This document shows, piece by piece, positions 34,342-44,761 of a stretch of 61,010 nt of DNA (position 1 is its first letter; each line of letters opens with the position of its first letter). The notes under the pieces are model-generated. The model did not search any database. It was not told the DNA's origin and worked only from the letters and a program-made list of their open reading frames with translations. This stretch comes from a virus. Taxonomy: Duplodnaviria > Caudoviricetes. A program made the translations under genes and the position numbers. The stretch is taken from IMG/VR virus record IMGVR_UViG_3300042465_004246, positions 1 through 61,010 of that record; one strand, given 5' to 3'.

Positions 34342-35262
34342 TTAAATCAAACAACTATCGACAGACTCAATAAGTTTATAGTAATTATATGAGCACCTAG
34401 AATCAGATAGCTCTAATTTTTCATTAAATGGATATTTTTCCATGTAGTTGGCCTTATAAAACATCCCCTGATCAGAAGATGGAACTCCAGCATTATGGAA
34501 GAAACTTACATCATCCCACCTTGACATTGGACATGTAGCCCAGCAAAAATCAAACTCTGGTGGCACAACAACATGATGACCTAACTTCCAGCCAGTCCAT
34601 AGCTCTGCCCACATGCTTGCCGTCCAGGCTTGTATTCCATATGGATCACCGTCTGTCTTTACGTGCTGTAAGCTCAATAGCTTGTCGTATAGCTTAATTG
34701 AATAGTCTTCAACCATGGTCCAGTATTCGTGGTCAATATTCTTAAATAACTTTTGTGCTCCACCACTGTTTAATTGGTTGGACTTAACTACCGACTTGTC
34801 TATCCCTATAACGTCACACATTGCGTCTAAGACCTCTTCACCCTTGCTCATTATATATTCGTAGCCTAGGTATGAAACAGTGTCTGAGAAGTACCAATTG
34901 TCATCATTTAAAAATTTTGAGAAGTCCATGTACCTTGTAAAAATAAAGTCAGCATCATGAAAGAATATAGCATCATCCTTTAGGTATGGGTGCTCCTTAA
35001 AATGTTTTTTTAATATGTGTGCCTGAATTGCTGGTAAGTACTTACACACTCCCATTGTATCTTCGTAAAAGAAGAACCTTACGTATGGAAATTTTTGCTG
35101 TATCTTTCTCCAAGACTCAGGTACAGATTCTTGATATCCAGCTACCACATCAATATTATTTCCGTTGTAACCTAGACCAATAAAATTTGTAAGGTATACC
35201 TCAACCTGCCACGCATAATAGTCTATTGCAGGTTGTGCAGACATCATCCTTAAGTTCATCAT
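34342..35262 (-). CDS. GT-A fold glycosyltransferase, HPAT/SERGT-like peptide O-glycosyltransferase candidate
   Basis: YYAWQVEV, IFFHDADFIF (DxD), GGAQ, WTASMWA, FFHNAG; ATGA-coupled to the poly-Thr gene. Confidence 0.7.
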   Translation of the reverse strand: MMNLRMMSAQPAIDYYAWQVEVYLTNFIGLGYNGNNIDVVAGYQESVPESWRKIQQKFPYVRFFFYEDTMGVCKYLPAIQAHILKKHFKEHPYLKDDAIFFHDADFIFTRYMDFSKFLNDDNWYFSDTVSYLGYEYIMSKGEEVLDAMCDVIGIDKSVVKSNQLNSGGAQKLFKNIDHEYWTMVEDYSIKLYDKLLSLQHVKTDGDPYGIQAWTASMWAELWTGWKLGHHVVVPPEFDFCWATCPMSRWDDVSFFHNAGVPSSDQGMFYKANYMEKYPFNEKLELSDSRCSYNYYKLIESVDSCLI

Positions 35263-37889
35263 TCGCAAGTAAATGGACTAGACCAAGTTGACACACCATT
35301 CCAAATAGCACCCTTATTATTAATCACAAATTTATAATAACCAGGAGGAGCTATTATGGTAAGTTCTTTATCAGCGTATAATATGTCAACAAAAAATACA
35401 CCCTTGGTGTAGTATTCAGCGATAACTCCTTTGCCACATTTACCTTTATCACCAGCTTTTAAATCTACAAAAGAAAGTACATTCTCATATTTTGGAGGGC
35501 TTGTTGTGGTACTGGTACTCGTAGTAGTAGTACTAGTAGTAGTACTAGTAGTTGTGCTCGTAGTCGTAGTTTGAGACAAGCAATCAGAGCACTTATTATA
35601 CAAAAACTTAACACTAGAAAACACTGTTCCAGTAGTAGTAGCAGTTGTTATTGTGTAGCACAATCCATACTGATCATTTAATACTGTACCTACAGGTAAA
35701 ATACTTATAGCAGTGTATGATACTATTTGAGTAATTGCATTATTGTCACACCTAGTTGCTATACACTTTCTTAATGGTATAGTTGTAGTCGTTGTTGTAG
35801 TTGTCGCAGTTGAGCACGCAATAACATTTATTACCTGACCAGTGTTTGATATATTTACAGCAAACTTTACAACGTTTAACATTATGTACCACTTAAACTG
35901 ACCATCAAATGGTGTCGTCCCAGTGTTATTTGTGTACACAAAATCACCAACTACTGGAAGCGTTGACCCTCCATTATGATAATGAGTGATGTAAGTTGGA
36001 GATGCAAAGACACAGCTATTGTAAGCACTACTTGATATTGCATTTGTGGCTAATGAAAAAGATGTAAATGTCGGTGCAGTTGTCGTTGTAGTAGTAGTTG
36101 TTGTAGTGCTAATAGTAGTACACGCACTACAGCTAGCATAATTTACAGCCGACCCTACGATTAATCTATATGGATATCTAGCAGATACAACAGAAAGTAT
36201 GGTCCAACAATTTAAGTCAACAGCCGTCTTAATTATATTTCCAACAACTATACCCTGACTAGCTGTGTCTAATAGAGTGATCTCTACCGATGGGTCAATA
36301 CATGATCTGGCATTGTAATAAGTTCCTGCTGGTACAGTAGTAGTTGTAGTAGTAGTTGTAGTGGTCCCCCCACACGTATGAGTATCTATTACAGAACCAA
36401 TATCACTTATCCTTAACGCCACCTCGTGTTGATGGTACCAAAAACCTCCACCATTAAATGGTCTTAATCCTTCATTATCGTAATAAATAAAGCTGCCCTT
36501 ACTTGGTAATTGTTGAAATTTATCTGTACCTATAAAAAACATGGTAGTAATAACTTTTCCAGAAGAACTGCATATTCCAGTAGTATCGTAATGAATATCT
36601 TTTATATCTATCTCAACTGGTCTAGTAACTGTTGATTCAAGAACACTTACATTAATTGTCTTGTTTGGACTCGTACCAAAAGAATTGGTTGCATTTATTG
36701 TTATTACATATTGTCCCTTTGCTGTATTTTTATCTATATTCCAGTTTCCATTAGAATATATTGATTGTGAAACTGGACTACTTGAAACTAAAGTCCAAGA
36801 GGTTGGTCCTCCTATTGCGTTTACAGGTCTTTTAATCTCCCCTTCAGTAGAATATACAATATTACTCTCATATATATACGGAACTGCAAACGGTCCATTT
36901 GAAAAACAGTCGTCTATATTTGTAACTAAGCCATCATTATCTATATTTATAAATATATTGTTTCCAATGTAATAATTTAAGTTCTCCCCAATAAATAATA
37001 CATTGCTTGCAGAATAAATAAAATCTCCAACAACTGGTGTCAGATTTGATCCATTATGATAATAAGTAGTAGTTGTAGACTTACCACAAGGTGCATTATC
37101 TTTTGTTGGATTTATACTAAAAGATGTTGTGTATGGGTTTATTTTTTTTATTGACCATGATGACGTACTAAATGGTGATGACACAACTACAGAGCCATCT
37201 AAAATTCCTGTATTTTTTACGGTAATTATATTTCCTTTTCCATTATTTACCAATCCATTATATGGTGATGAAAGAGATATCTCACTAGGCAATACTCCAG
37301 CAGCAATTAAGTCATCATAATTTTGTAGTGTATTTAGTCCTACATAACCAGTATCATTTTGAACCTCTCCATTTACTAAAAACTGAAATCTAGTTGGTTT
37401 AGAAGTTACATTATAATCAATACCACACCTACCAGCATTATTATTAAAACTGATTGACATATCCCTATTACTAGTCGCTCCAATGTATGACGCAGAGTTT
37501 AGTATTTTATCTGAATAGTCCCATAAAAAGTATGCATTTTCATAGTTATTTGGATTTAAAAATGTAAACTCACCAATAAATATTCCGCTAGTCAAAACAA
37601 CAGGTATCTCAGTAGCCAAAGATATTATTTCATCTGTCTGTGATTCATTATATGATACATTTGACACAAGATAGTAAAGCTTATTATTTAATGAAGGAGC
37701 CAACTCTTTTGTAGTTCCAGTTCCTCCACTTTTAATTGTCACTACCTGCCCATGAGACGGTGCTAGATTAACAATTTTCTGTCCAGTGTAAGAATCGAAT
37801 AATGCAATGCTTGAATCTGTAGAGATTACATTATTTATTTCTTTTATTGGTTGCCCAGAAAGTTCAATTGATTGATTTAATGTATTCAT
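35259..37889 (-). CDS. Cys-rich tail-associated protein with repeated domains and four poly-Thr linkers (876 aa)
   Basis: Repeated HNG...PVVGDF.Y domains, CxxC units, and Thr-rich tracts of roughly 10-25 residues. Confidence 0.8.
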   Translation of the reverse strand: MNTLNQSIELSGQPIKEINNVISTDSSIALFDSYTGQKIVNLAPSHGQVVTIKSGGTGTTKELAPSLNNKLYYLVSNVSYNESQTDEIISLATEIPVVLTSGIFIGEFTFLNPNNYENAYFLWDYSDKILNSASYIGATSNRDMSISFNNNAGRCGIDYNVTSKPTRFQFLVNGEVQNDTGYVGLNTLQNYDDLIAAGVLPSEISLSSPYNGLVNNGKGNIITVKNTGILDGSVVVSSPFSTSSWSIKKINPYTTSFSINPTKDNAPCGKSTTTTYYHNGSNLTPVVGDFIYSASNVLFIGENLNYYIGNNIFINIDNDGLVTNIDDCFSNGPFAVPYIYESNIVYSTEGEIKRPVNAIGGPTSWTLVSSSPVSQSIYSNGNWNIDKNTAKGQYVITINATNSFGTSPNKTINVSVLESTVTRPVEIDIKDIHYDTTGICSSSGKVITTMFFIGTDKFQQLPSKGSFIYYDNEGLRPFNGGGFWYHQHEVALRISDIGSVIDTHTCGGTTTTTTTTTTVPAGTYYNARSCIDPSVEITLLDTASQGIVVGNIIKTAVDLNCWTILSVVSARYPYRLIVGSAVNYASCSACTTISTTTTTTTTTTAPTFTSFSLATNAISSSAYNSCVFASPTYITHYHNGGSTLPVVGDFVYTNNTGTTPFDGQFKWYIMLNVVKFAVNISNTGQVINVIACSTATTTTTTTTIPLRKCIATRCDNNAITQIVSYTAISILPVGTVLNDQYGLCYTITTATTTGTVFSSVKFLYNKCSDCLSQTTTTSTTTSTTTSTTTTSTSTTTSPPKYENVLSFVDLKAGDKGKCGKGVIAEYYTKGVFFVDILYADKELTIIAPPGYYKFVINNKGAIWNGVSTWSSPFTCE

Positions 37890-37890
37890 T

Positions 37891-40800
37891 TTATCCTGGT
37901 TTTATAACTAATCTTGTGTCCACAACATAGCCGTATTTTATTTCTCTAATTAAATGGTCAACATAACTCCCACAATAATGAACTCTAATTGTCATTTCTC
38001 TTGGAAGTATTCCAGACGTATTTATTTGTGGACTTCCAGTTATATCAGAATTATTGTTTCCTTGATCAAAGTTTAATGACAACCAATTATTTCCGTATCC
38101 TGTATCAATTAATTCGATATTCCATTCAGCGTTTGAATTAATACTAAATAAGGAAATATTAATTATATTTCCAGGATTTGAAAAAATTGTTAATGGCTTG
38201 CTTATTGATAAATAACATTTACGATTACTTGTATTATTAGTACTTAGAGAGTACATATTGTAGTATGGATCATATCCACCTATTTTTTGATTATTAAGGT
38301 TTGAAGTTAAAATATCTCTAAAATAATTTTTCATTCCTTTTGATGATATCTCCATGATACCTTGATTTCCTATCATCTCTATTACAACACCCCTCTTAGC
38401 ATCAGTAAAGTATATATTATCAGAATTGACTGCAAAGCTTGATGGGTCATTGCTGATTCCATTGTCTAGTTTATATGGAACCTGATTACCAAGAACCTCA
38501 GGAATTGAAGCAACCTGTCCCCCACCAACCGCATCGACCAATAAATTTTTTCCAAATAAAACAGATGTTATCTTGTCTTCATGCAAAACTAATAAGTCAG
38601 AGTCTCTTGCGTATATTTTTTGTATAGATCCATAGTCCTTATCAAGATTCTTAAAATTAGCTATAGATAAATTAAATTCATTTAATCTATTAATAGATGA
38701 ATCTCCACGAAATATTCCACTATAACATAATGATGCAAACTTATCTTCTTCTTCATAATCTTCAATAACAGTACTCGCCCTTATGCTGTACTTCATTGTT
38801 GAGTTATTAAATGAATCTCTAATTCTATATGACTCTAATCCATTGCCATAACAGAACGCATTACAGTCAGTGTTTTCAGATAGGTTATTTAATATTACAC
38901 TTGCATCTGATGAGACATCCTGGTCTACCTCTCCTGGCGTTAAAACTATACCAGAACCAACAGGAAGTGTGGACGGCATAGAAACGGTTATAGTTTTGCC
39001 ATCTATTATACTATATACAATTCCAGCCAATCCATTGATAAGTATTTCCTGATTTAGTTCAAAATAATGAAAATAACTTGAATTAAGTTGAATCTGAAAA
39101 TAAGGACCAATTGATGCTAAGCTAGTGTTTGATGAGTATTGCCATCCAACCTTATGAAAACCTCCAATTATAGGGTATGTCTTCATTGTCTCATGGAATA
39201 TAGGTGTCTCAACATCAAGTGGCACTGTCTCAACTATATATGTTGGGGACTCGGCTTGTTGTAGTGAACCACTTATATAATTGCTTGTTCTGTCGCAATT
39301 TCCATCTCTATCACAAAATGCTGAAATAAATAAAGCAGACATATATGGGCTTGTAGCTGGAAGCATTCCATTTATAGAATTAGGGGCACTTACTACATAA
39401 GATTGACCATTAGGTCCTCCTGCTATGGAATTTTGACTAGATGCAGTAACCCATCTAAAAACAGCTGAAGTTCCAGATGTCGTCCCATCTGCTTTTATAG
39501 TAATTGGAAAGTTGCCATTACATTCCTCATACCAATACTCCTCGAATGATGGATAGAATCTAGAAGATGTCGGCAATGTATTATAATTAACAGTACCATT
39601 TCTATCTGTAACATTTATTTTTATAATTGCTCCAGGATATATAGGACCTTTAAATCCAACCATCAATTTTCCGTAATACATTAAATGTGTAACACTTGCA
39701 TCTAAACTAAGATTACAGGCTTGTGGATTTGAACTATTTGGTGTTGGCTGAGTTGAACTAGCAGGAATACCGTCACCCCCAATTGGATTTTTAATTGCAA
39801 AACCTGATTGTGTAGCTCGAAAACCTCTAACGTTAAGTACATATTCATCTCCCAAAACATAAGCACCAGGACCAAAAGTAAGGTATGTAGTTCCTCCACC
39901 ATAAGAAACAACAGTCGAAGATACACTATAACCTGGCCCTATAGCAGTAGGTTGAGTCCAAGTACTTTCATTGAGTGGGTCACTATTTATTATAAAGTGT
40001 GTTGGAGAGTTACCATTAGGATCACTTGGATTATTAACTATTCTTATCTTTAACCTTACATCACTTGTATAACAATAAAAATTACTTGCACCAATTGTAG
40101 ACAGGGTTATATCTGGAGCACCATTCCCCCCAGCACTAAAAATGTTTGAACCAGCTCTATAGTGTATTCTATCATAAAAAAAACTAACATTTGGAAAACA
40201 AAAAGGGTATTTAGTGGTATCGCCAGGACCATTCAAACAAGTAGAATATGGAAATTGCCCCATGGTTACCCAACTTGGACTATTAGTAGTAATTAATACT
40301 GGTGCAGCTAAAAAAGATGCTGCACTTATAGCGTCTGGCTTTATTTTTAAATATAGACCAGCAAGTGAATTGGTGTTTAAAGCATTAGCTGCCTTAAGTT
40401 CAACTTCAAGAACCTTAAACTTCCTGTTTGTATGAGTTGGTAATGCGTTAGCTGTTTTAAATATTATGTATTCACCAACAGAAACTTTGTCTCTGTCAGA
40501 CTCTGATATCTGTATGTATCGATATTCTCCTTTTACTTGAAAAGATATAGGAAATAAGTTGTAGTAATCCTTTTTTGATTGTTTTATATACAACCTATAG
40601 TTTGTAGCCCAGCTTGGAGGTAAACTTTTTATTGTTGTTTTTAATGAGTTTGCTGTACTTGATTTTGTTGGGGGTATAAAAACTGAGTTTGAACTATTGT
40701 TAGCTGTATTTCCTGAGTTAGAGGTTAGCACAGTTGTTAACCTTCCGTATTCATCACTATAAACAATACCTACCTCGTAGTCACGGTCACTTCTAAAGGT

Positions 40801-41916
40801 TCTTTTAGGACTAGCTATGGTAGCAATATTAGTCAAAGATAGATTAATATAATCAACATCATACCTTAAATCAATCACGTCTCTAAACTGAGTGTAGTTT
40901 CCATATATCAACCTATTTCCAACAATGTCTTGTGCTAGTGCTTTTAGTGGCACATTGTCAAACATCCTAGTTACCTGATCAGATGTTAGCGTGGCATATA
41001 TTTTATTATTTCTAAAATCAAATGTACGACTTGAATTATTTGGAATATTTAATTCAACCTTGTTTAGATTCTCGATTATCACTACATTTAATGATCTTGT
41101 ATCTCTAGCTAAAATTTGAATTTCTTTTACAAACTGATTTCCAGTTTCAAATCCAATCGTGACTATATTGTTTTTATTTAACATTCCAATATTGTCACCA
41201 GTATTTGGATCAAACGAAAGCATCTTTGCATTAAAGGCCACAGATGAAAATGGTGACATCGAGCTAAACTCATTGTCAATGTATTTGTATCTATAGCTAA
41301 AATAAAGAAATTTTTCTTCTAAGTTGTTTGATAAAATAACATCATCATTATCCAGAAGTATTGATGGACTATTTAGTGGTGGTCTTAACACCACATCAAT
41401 GTCTATATTTATTCTTGAGTCATTAATTGAATAAGACCTAACTCTAGAAATATTTACCCTTCTTGGTGGGTTTAGGTTATCCGTCCAAAACAAATAACTG
41501 CCACTATCAGAATATATGTAATTTACTCCTGTTATAAGTGATAGTGGGTCAAAATTTAACTGATTAGTAGTGCTACCTAAAATCAAAGACGTTATACCAC
41601 TGTTTTGATTATATTCAAATATGCCGTCAAATTGATCAGATGTGACAAACCAATACAACAAGCTAAGAGGCTCGTATTTTACTGCACCGATTGTCTTTGC
41701 CCCCGTAACTACAATCCCCTTATACCTAAATAAAAAATCTGCTAAGTCAAATAAATTTTCATTGCCCATTGCATTTTGAGCGGCTCCCATATTAGATCCT
41801 CCAGTAGCCTCTATCGTTAAATTACTGGCAGATCGGTATTGACCATCAGGAAGCATCCTTTCGTCAATATCCATATTCATCTTACCAGCGACAAATGTTC
41901 TCTTACTTTCTGCCAT
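37891..41916 (-). CDS. Tail stabilisation/nozzle protein, N-terminal part (1341 aa)
   Basis: F.AGKMN.D.DER..PDGQYR.A.N, LFWTDNLNPPR, FSYRYKY.D.E.S, GNRLIYGNY, YFTDAKRG, GGYDPY. Confidence 0.85.
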   Translation of the reverse strand: MAESKRTFVAGKMNMDIDERMLPDGQYRSASNLTIEATGGSNMGAAQNAMGNENLFDLADFLFRYKGIVVTGAKTIGAVKYEPLSLLYWFVTSDQFDGIFEYNQNSGITSLILGSTTNQLNFDPLSLITGVNYIYSDSGSYLFWTDNLNPPRRVNISRVRSYSINDSRINIDIDVVLRPPLNSPSILLDNDDVILSNNLEEKFLYFSYRYKYIDNEFSSMSPFSSVAFNAKMLSFDPNTGDNIGMLNKNNIVTIGFETGNQFVKEIQILARDTRSLNVVIIENLNKVELNIPNNSSRTFDFRNNKIYATLTSDQVTRMFDNVPLKALAQDIVGNRLIYGNYTQFRDVIDLRYDVDYINLSLTNIATIASPKRTFRSDRDYEVGIVYSDEYGRLTTVLTSNSGNTANNSSNSVFIPPTKSSTANSLKTTIKSLPPSWATNYRLYIKQSKKDYYNLFPISFQVKGEYRYIQISESDRDKVSVGEYIIFKTANALPTHTNRKFKVLEVELKAANALNTNSLAGLYLKIKPDAISAASFLAAPVLITTNSPSWVTMGQFPYSTCLNGPGDTTKYPFCFPNVSFFYDRIHYRAGSNIFSAGGNGAPDITLSTIGASNFYCYTSDVRLKIRIVNNPSDPNGNSPTHFIINSDPLNESTWTQPTAIGPGYSVSSTVVSYGGGTTYLTFGPGAYVLGDEYVLNVRGFRATQSGFAIKNPIGGDGIPASSTQPTPNSSNPQACNLSLDASVTHLMYYGKLMVGFKGPIYPGAIIKINVTDRNGTVNYNTLPTSSRFYPSFEEYWYEECNGNFPITIKADGTTSGTSAVFRWVTASSQNSIAGGPNGQSYVVSAPNSINGMLPATSPYMSALFISAFCDRDGNCDRTSNYISGSLQQAESPTYIVETVPLDVETPIFHETMKTYPIIGGFHKVGWQYSSNTSLASIGPYFQIQLNSSYFHYFELNQEILINGLAGIVYSIIDGKTITVSMPSTLPVGSGIVLTPGEVDQDVSSDASVILNNLSENTDCNAFCYGNGLESYRIRDSFNNSTMKYSIRASTVIEDYEEEDKFASLCYSGIFRGDSSINRLNEFNLSIANFKNLDKDYGSIQKIYARDSDLLVLHEDKITSVLFGKNLLVDAVGGGQVASIPEVLGNQVPYKLDNGISNDPSSFAVNSDNIYFTDAKRGVVIEMIGNQGIMEISSKGMKNYFRDILTSNLNNQKIGGYDPYYNMYSLSTNNTSNRKCYLSISKPLTIFSNPGNIINISLFSINSNAEWNIELIDTGYGNNWLSLNFDQGNNNSDITGSPQINTSGILPREMTIRVHYCGSYVDHLIREIKYGYVVDTRLVIKPG

Positions 41917-41918
41917 GA

Positions 41919-42827
41919 TTACTTAATCCATTTATCTTTCCCTCTCAAGCTCATTAATATTCTTGATGGGTGCATGTTACTTAATCTAATTTTCGTATTT
42001 CTTAGTGTTGCGGTCTTTTCTTTTTTAGCTCTTGCTACTATGTACTCCTGAACGCCAAATTTATTGTTTAATACAGCCCACTTTAAGTAGTTGTATACGT
42101 ACTCTTCTGCTAACTTGTTTATAGATATTTTTGTTGAGTCTCCATTCTCCATTCCGTCTGAAATATACTCAAGAACAATAAATGCATTCTCAACTCCAGA
42201 TGAAAAATCAATAACACCAGACTCCTTATTGATTGTGAACTTAGGGTTTTGGTTTGCGTCTTCAGTGTTCATGCCATACCTTGATCCAATACTATAATTA
42301 AAGTACCATTGACCATCACAGCAGTATCCCATCTGATTATTGTATATTCCTCCACCAGTGTACAACATGTTTTCACCCCTAAGAATGTCAAGCTTTGATG
42401 TACCTGTTACAACCTCTCCGTTAGAGTCAAATACAATGTCTAAGTTATTGTCCTGCAAGTAAGCCGTAGCTGACATAACGGTTCTGTTCTCAACCAGTGG
42501 AACAAGAACACCATTATTTAACATTGACATTCTAACGTAGCTGACATAGTCTGGAGGCATGATCATCTTTAGATCAGTTCCAAGCTGTAATTCTAGAACC
42601 TTTATGTTGCGTAGTGCATCATAGTTAAGCTCCTGTATAGCTCTCTTTGCATGGAAAATAATTGTATATCTATCAACATTGTTGACTAGCTTATCATTAC
42701 CAACATACATTAGTATGAAGTTATTTACTATGTCAGATAGAGTAACGTACTGATATGAACCCCAATTTTCATCTTCAGGGATAGTTCCGTTATTTTTATA
42801 GTACTGGTAATTAGTTATATATGACAT
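41919..42827 (-). CDS. Virion structural protein (tail adaptor/ring)
   Basis: Position between adaptor and nozzle; P.DYV.YVR and LEYISDG motifs. Confidence 0.7.
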   Translation of the reverse strand: MSYITNYQYYKNNGTIPEDENWGSYQYVTLSDIVNNFILMYVGNDKLVNNVDRYTIIFHAKRAIQELNYDALRNIKVLELQLGTDLKMIMPPDYVSYVRMSMLNNGVLVPLVENRTVMSATAYLQDNNLDIVFDSNGEVVTGTSKLDILRGENMLYTGGGIYNNQMGYCCDGQWYFNYSIGSRYGMNTEDANQNPKFTINKESGVIDFSSGVENAFIVLEYISDGMENGDSTKISINKLAEEYVYNYLKWAVLNNKFGVQEYIVARAKKEKTATLRNTKIRLSNMHPSRILMSLRGKDKWIK

Positions 42828-42830
42828 CTA

Positions 42831-43523
42831 CTATTGTTTTTGTTGTGAGTCTTGTATCTCTTCTGACTTAGCCGCCTGTACAACTTCCATCTCTCTAATT
42901 GAAACTCCAGCGTACTGTAATATCTTAACTACCAAACCTGAAAAATCACTTAATGGTAGCTCAAAGTCTTGATAAAATACATCACTTGGATTAAAGACTG
43001 GTTGACCAGCTGTGATTGAGCCATAAGTCCACACTGGATCTTTTGGATATCTTAGGTACTGAGTTGTAATATTCGTTAAAATTGTTGTTGGATATACAAC
43101 TAGACCAGGAACGCTCATTGTGTATACTGGATTATTTACGTCAGGAGCTGTTAGGTTTGAATTTAATAAGGCCTGAATTTTTCTTTGGCTAACTTTTTCT
43201 ACCTCAATAGTGTTATTATACATTACCCTCTCTAGGTAATAAAAATCTACAGGTAAAAGAAAATTTGGGTTAGAAAAAGTTAATGCTACAAGCGTAGAGA
43301 ATGAGTCAAGCACCTCACCCATATTCTTTGGAACATCTGTGTATCCCTCTCCAAACATTCTAGCGTTCTGCTTAACAATTGAGTTGGAGTAAGAGTATAT
43401 GTATTGTTCAAATATTTCAAGCTGTGCCTGCTTTGCAAATAAGTTGAATTCCTCTGGAGTAATGTAACCCCGATTGTCTTTACTTATTATTGACAGAACA
43501 GTATTTCTAACATCATTTATCAT
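42831..43523 (-). CDS. Head-tail adaptor / tail tubular protein
   Basis: Start likely MINDVRNTV; GYITPEEFNLFA.QAQ, YLRYPKDPVW, FELP. Confidence 0.7.
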   Translation of the reverse strand: MINDVRNTVLSIISKDNRGYITPEEFNLFAKQAQLEIFEQYIYSYSNSIVKQNARMFGEGYTDVPKNMGEVLDSFSTLVALTFSNPNFLLPVDFYYLERVMYNNTIEVEKVSQRKIQALLNSNLTAPDVNNPVYTMSVPGLVVYPTTILTNITTQYLRYPKDPVWTYGSITAGQPVFNPSDVFYQDFELPLSDFSGLVVKILQYAGVSIREMEVVQAAKSEEIQDSQQKQ

Positions 43524-43537
43524 TGCAAGTATTTTTA

Positions 43538-43545
43538 CAAAGATA
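43538..43545 (-). promoter_or_regulatory. -7 promoter box TATCTTTG
   Basis: Consensus match upstream of ATG 43523. Confidence 0.65.
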
Positions 43546-43548
43546 AAC

Positions 43549-43578
43549 AAAAAAAGGCACTCTAATTAAAAAGTGCCT
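43549..43578 (-). terminator. Intrinsic terminator
   Basis: AGGCACT/AGTGCCT hairpin with a T-run on the minus strand. Confidence 0.75.
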
Positions 43579-43601
43579 CTTAGGTTTTAGATTGATTGCT
43601 A

Positions 43602-43886
43602 TTAAGCTACGTCTATATCACTAACAGCTTGTGGTACTGTAACATCATAGACAACATTAGTCCAAGAAGTTTGCAAAGCAGCCATGATTGCGTTTTGAAT
43701 AGCATCACGCATACTAAAAGCAACTTGAGCTGCATGTGTAAGCGTAACTACTTTGCCACCTTGATAAGTTACTAGTGTTGTTACAGCTGTTGCTGAATCA
43801 GCCGCTGCTTCAACCATAACTACATTAGTAGCAGAGATCAATATGTTACCTGAACTTGTAACGGGGATACTTAAAAATTTTTCCAT
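43602..43886 (-). CDS. Small structural protein (94 aa)
   Basis: A/V/T-rich; own -7 box at 43919-43926 and own terminator. Confidence 0.75.
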   Translation of the reverse strand: MEKFLSIPVTSSGNILISATNVVMVEAAADSATAVTTLVTYQGGKVVTLTHAAQVAFSMRDAIQNAIMAALQTSWTNVVYDVTVPQAVSDIDVA

Positions 43887-43926
43887 TGTTTAAAAAGTTT
43901 AAATGGGTTAGTAAAGTACAAATATA

Positions 43927-44691
43927 CTAATTTTCTGACAACTTATCTTCAAGGTGTTTGTACAACTCTAAACCTTCATCTGACTGAAAGTATGAAGACA
44001 GTACATAAAGTGCATCCTCTCCAAATGGAACGGTAAGCAACTTCTTTTTATTGTCCTTGAAATTAAAGTATATCTCTTTTTTATTGTTCTTGTAAATCAA
44101 ATAGCCATCAGATATTGCTCTTGCAGCTATATTGTTGATTCTTAGTGATGGGTCATTAACAGCCTCCATAAATTCTTGAGGATAACGCTTTGCAAATAAC
44201 ATTACGTCTCTCTTTAATTCAGTAGTCTTCATTGACTCAACATTTGATCCCATTAACAAACGAGCGACAGACTCTAGTACTGATATATCTAAATCTCTAG
44301 CTGCTATCTGTGCGTCAAGTTGATCGTATAACATAGTCACGTCTTCCTGTGCGTCTTTTTCATTGTCAAACTCATAGAATTCACTTCCATTTCCTGGATG
44401 ATAATATAAGAATTCCTGTAAGACAGGATTTGTCTTTGGTACATTTAAAACACCGTCCTCAAATACAACTGGCTCTAATATAACGTTTTGATCTTGATCA
44501 TCCTGAAAAGGAGTCTTTGAATTTCTTGCGTATCTAAGCGGATAGTTTATGTTTGTCTCTTCATCAAAATAAAGGAGCCTCTTTCTTGGGCTGTCTTTTG
44601 ATGCTATGTAATAACTTAAGGGAGTTGTATCACTCTTTAATAAATAGATTCTGTCCTTAGACTCTAATTTTACTCTTTTAATTGTTTCCAT
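43927..44691 (-). CDS. Conserved hypothetical protein downstream of the capsid gene
   Basis: 254-aa ORF in the head module. Confidence 0.8.
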   Translation of the reverse strand: METIKRVKLESKDRIYLLKSDTTPLSYYIASKDSPRKRLLYFDEETNINYPLRYARNSKTPFQDDQDQNVILEPVVFEDGVLNVPKTNPVLQEFLYYHPGNGSEFYEFDNEKDAQEDVTMLYDQLDAQIAARDLDISVLESVARLLMGSNVESMKTTELKRDVMLFAKRYPQEFMEAVNDPSLRINNIAARAISDGYLIYKNNKKEIYFNFKDNKKKLLTVPFGEDALYVLSSYFQSDEGLELYKHLEDKLSEN

Positions 44692-44713
44692 TTTATATAA
44701 TTTAATTTATTTT

Positions 44714-44748
44714 AAAAAAAATAGAGAGGGACACTGATGTCCCTCTCT
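44714..44748 (-). terminator. Intrinsic terminator after the capsid gene
   Basis: 11-bp stem AGAGAGGGACA/TGTCCCTCTCT plus T-run. Confidence 0.85.
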
Positions 44749-44761
44749 TGATTTAATCCTA

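Noticed and set aside
35500-36365. Microsatellite or contingency locus in the poly-Thr tracts
   Set aside because: Thr codons are mixed (ACT/ACA/ACG/ACC), so these are not pure slippage repeats.
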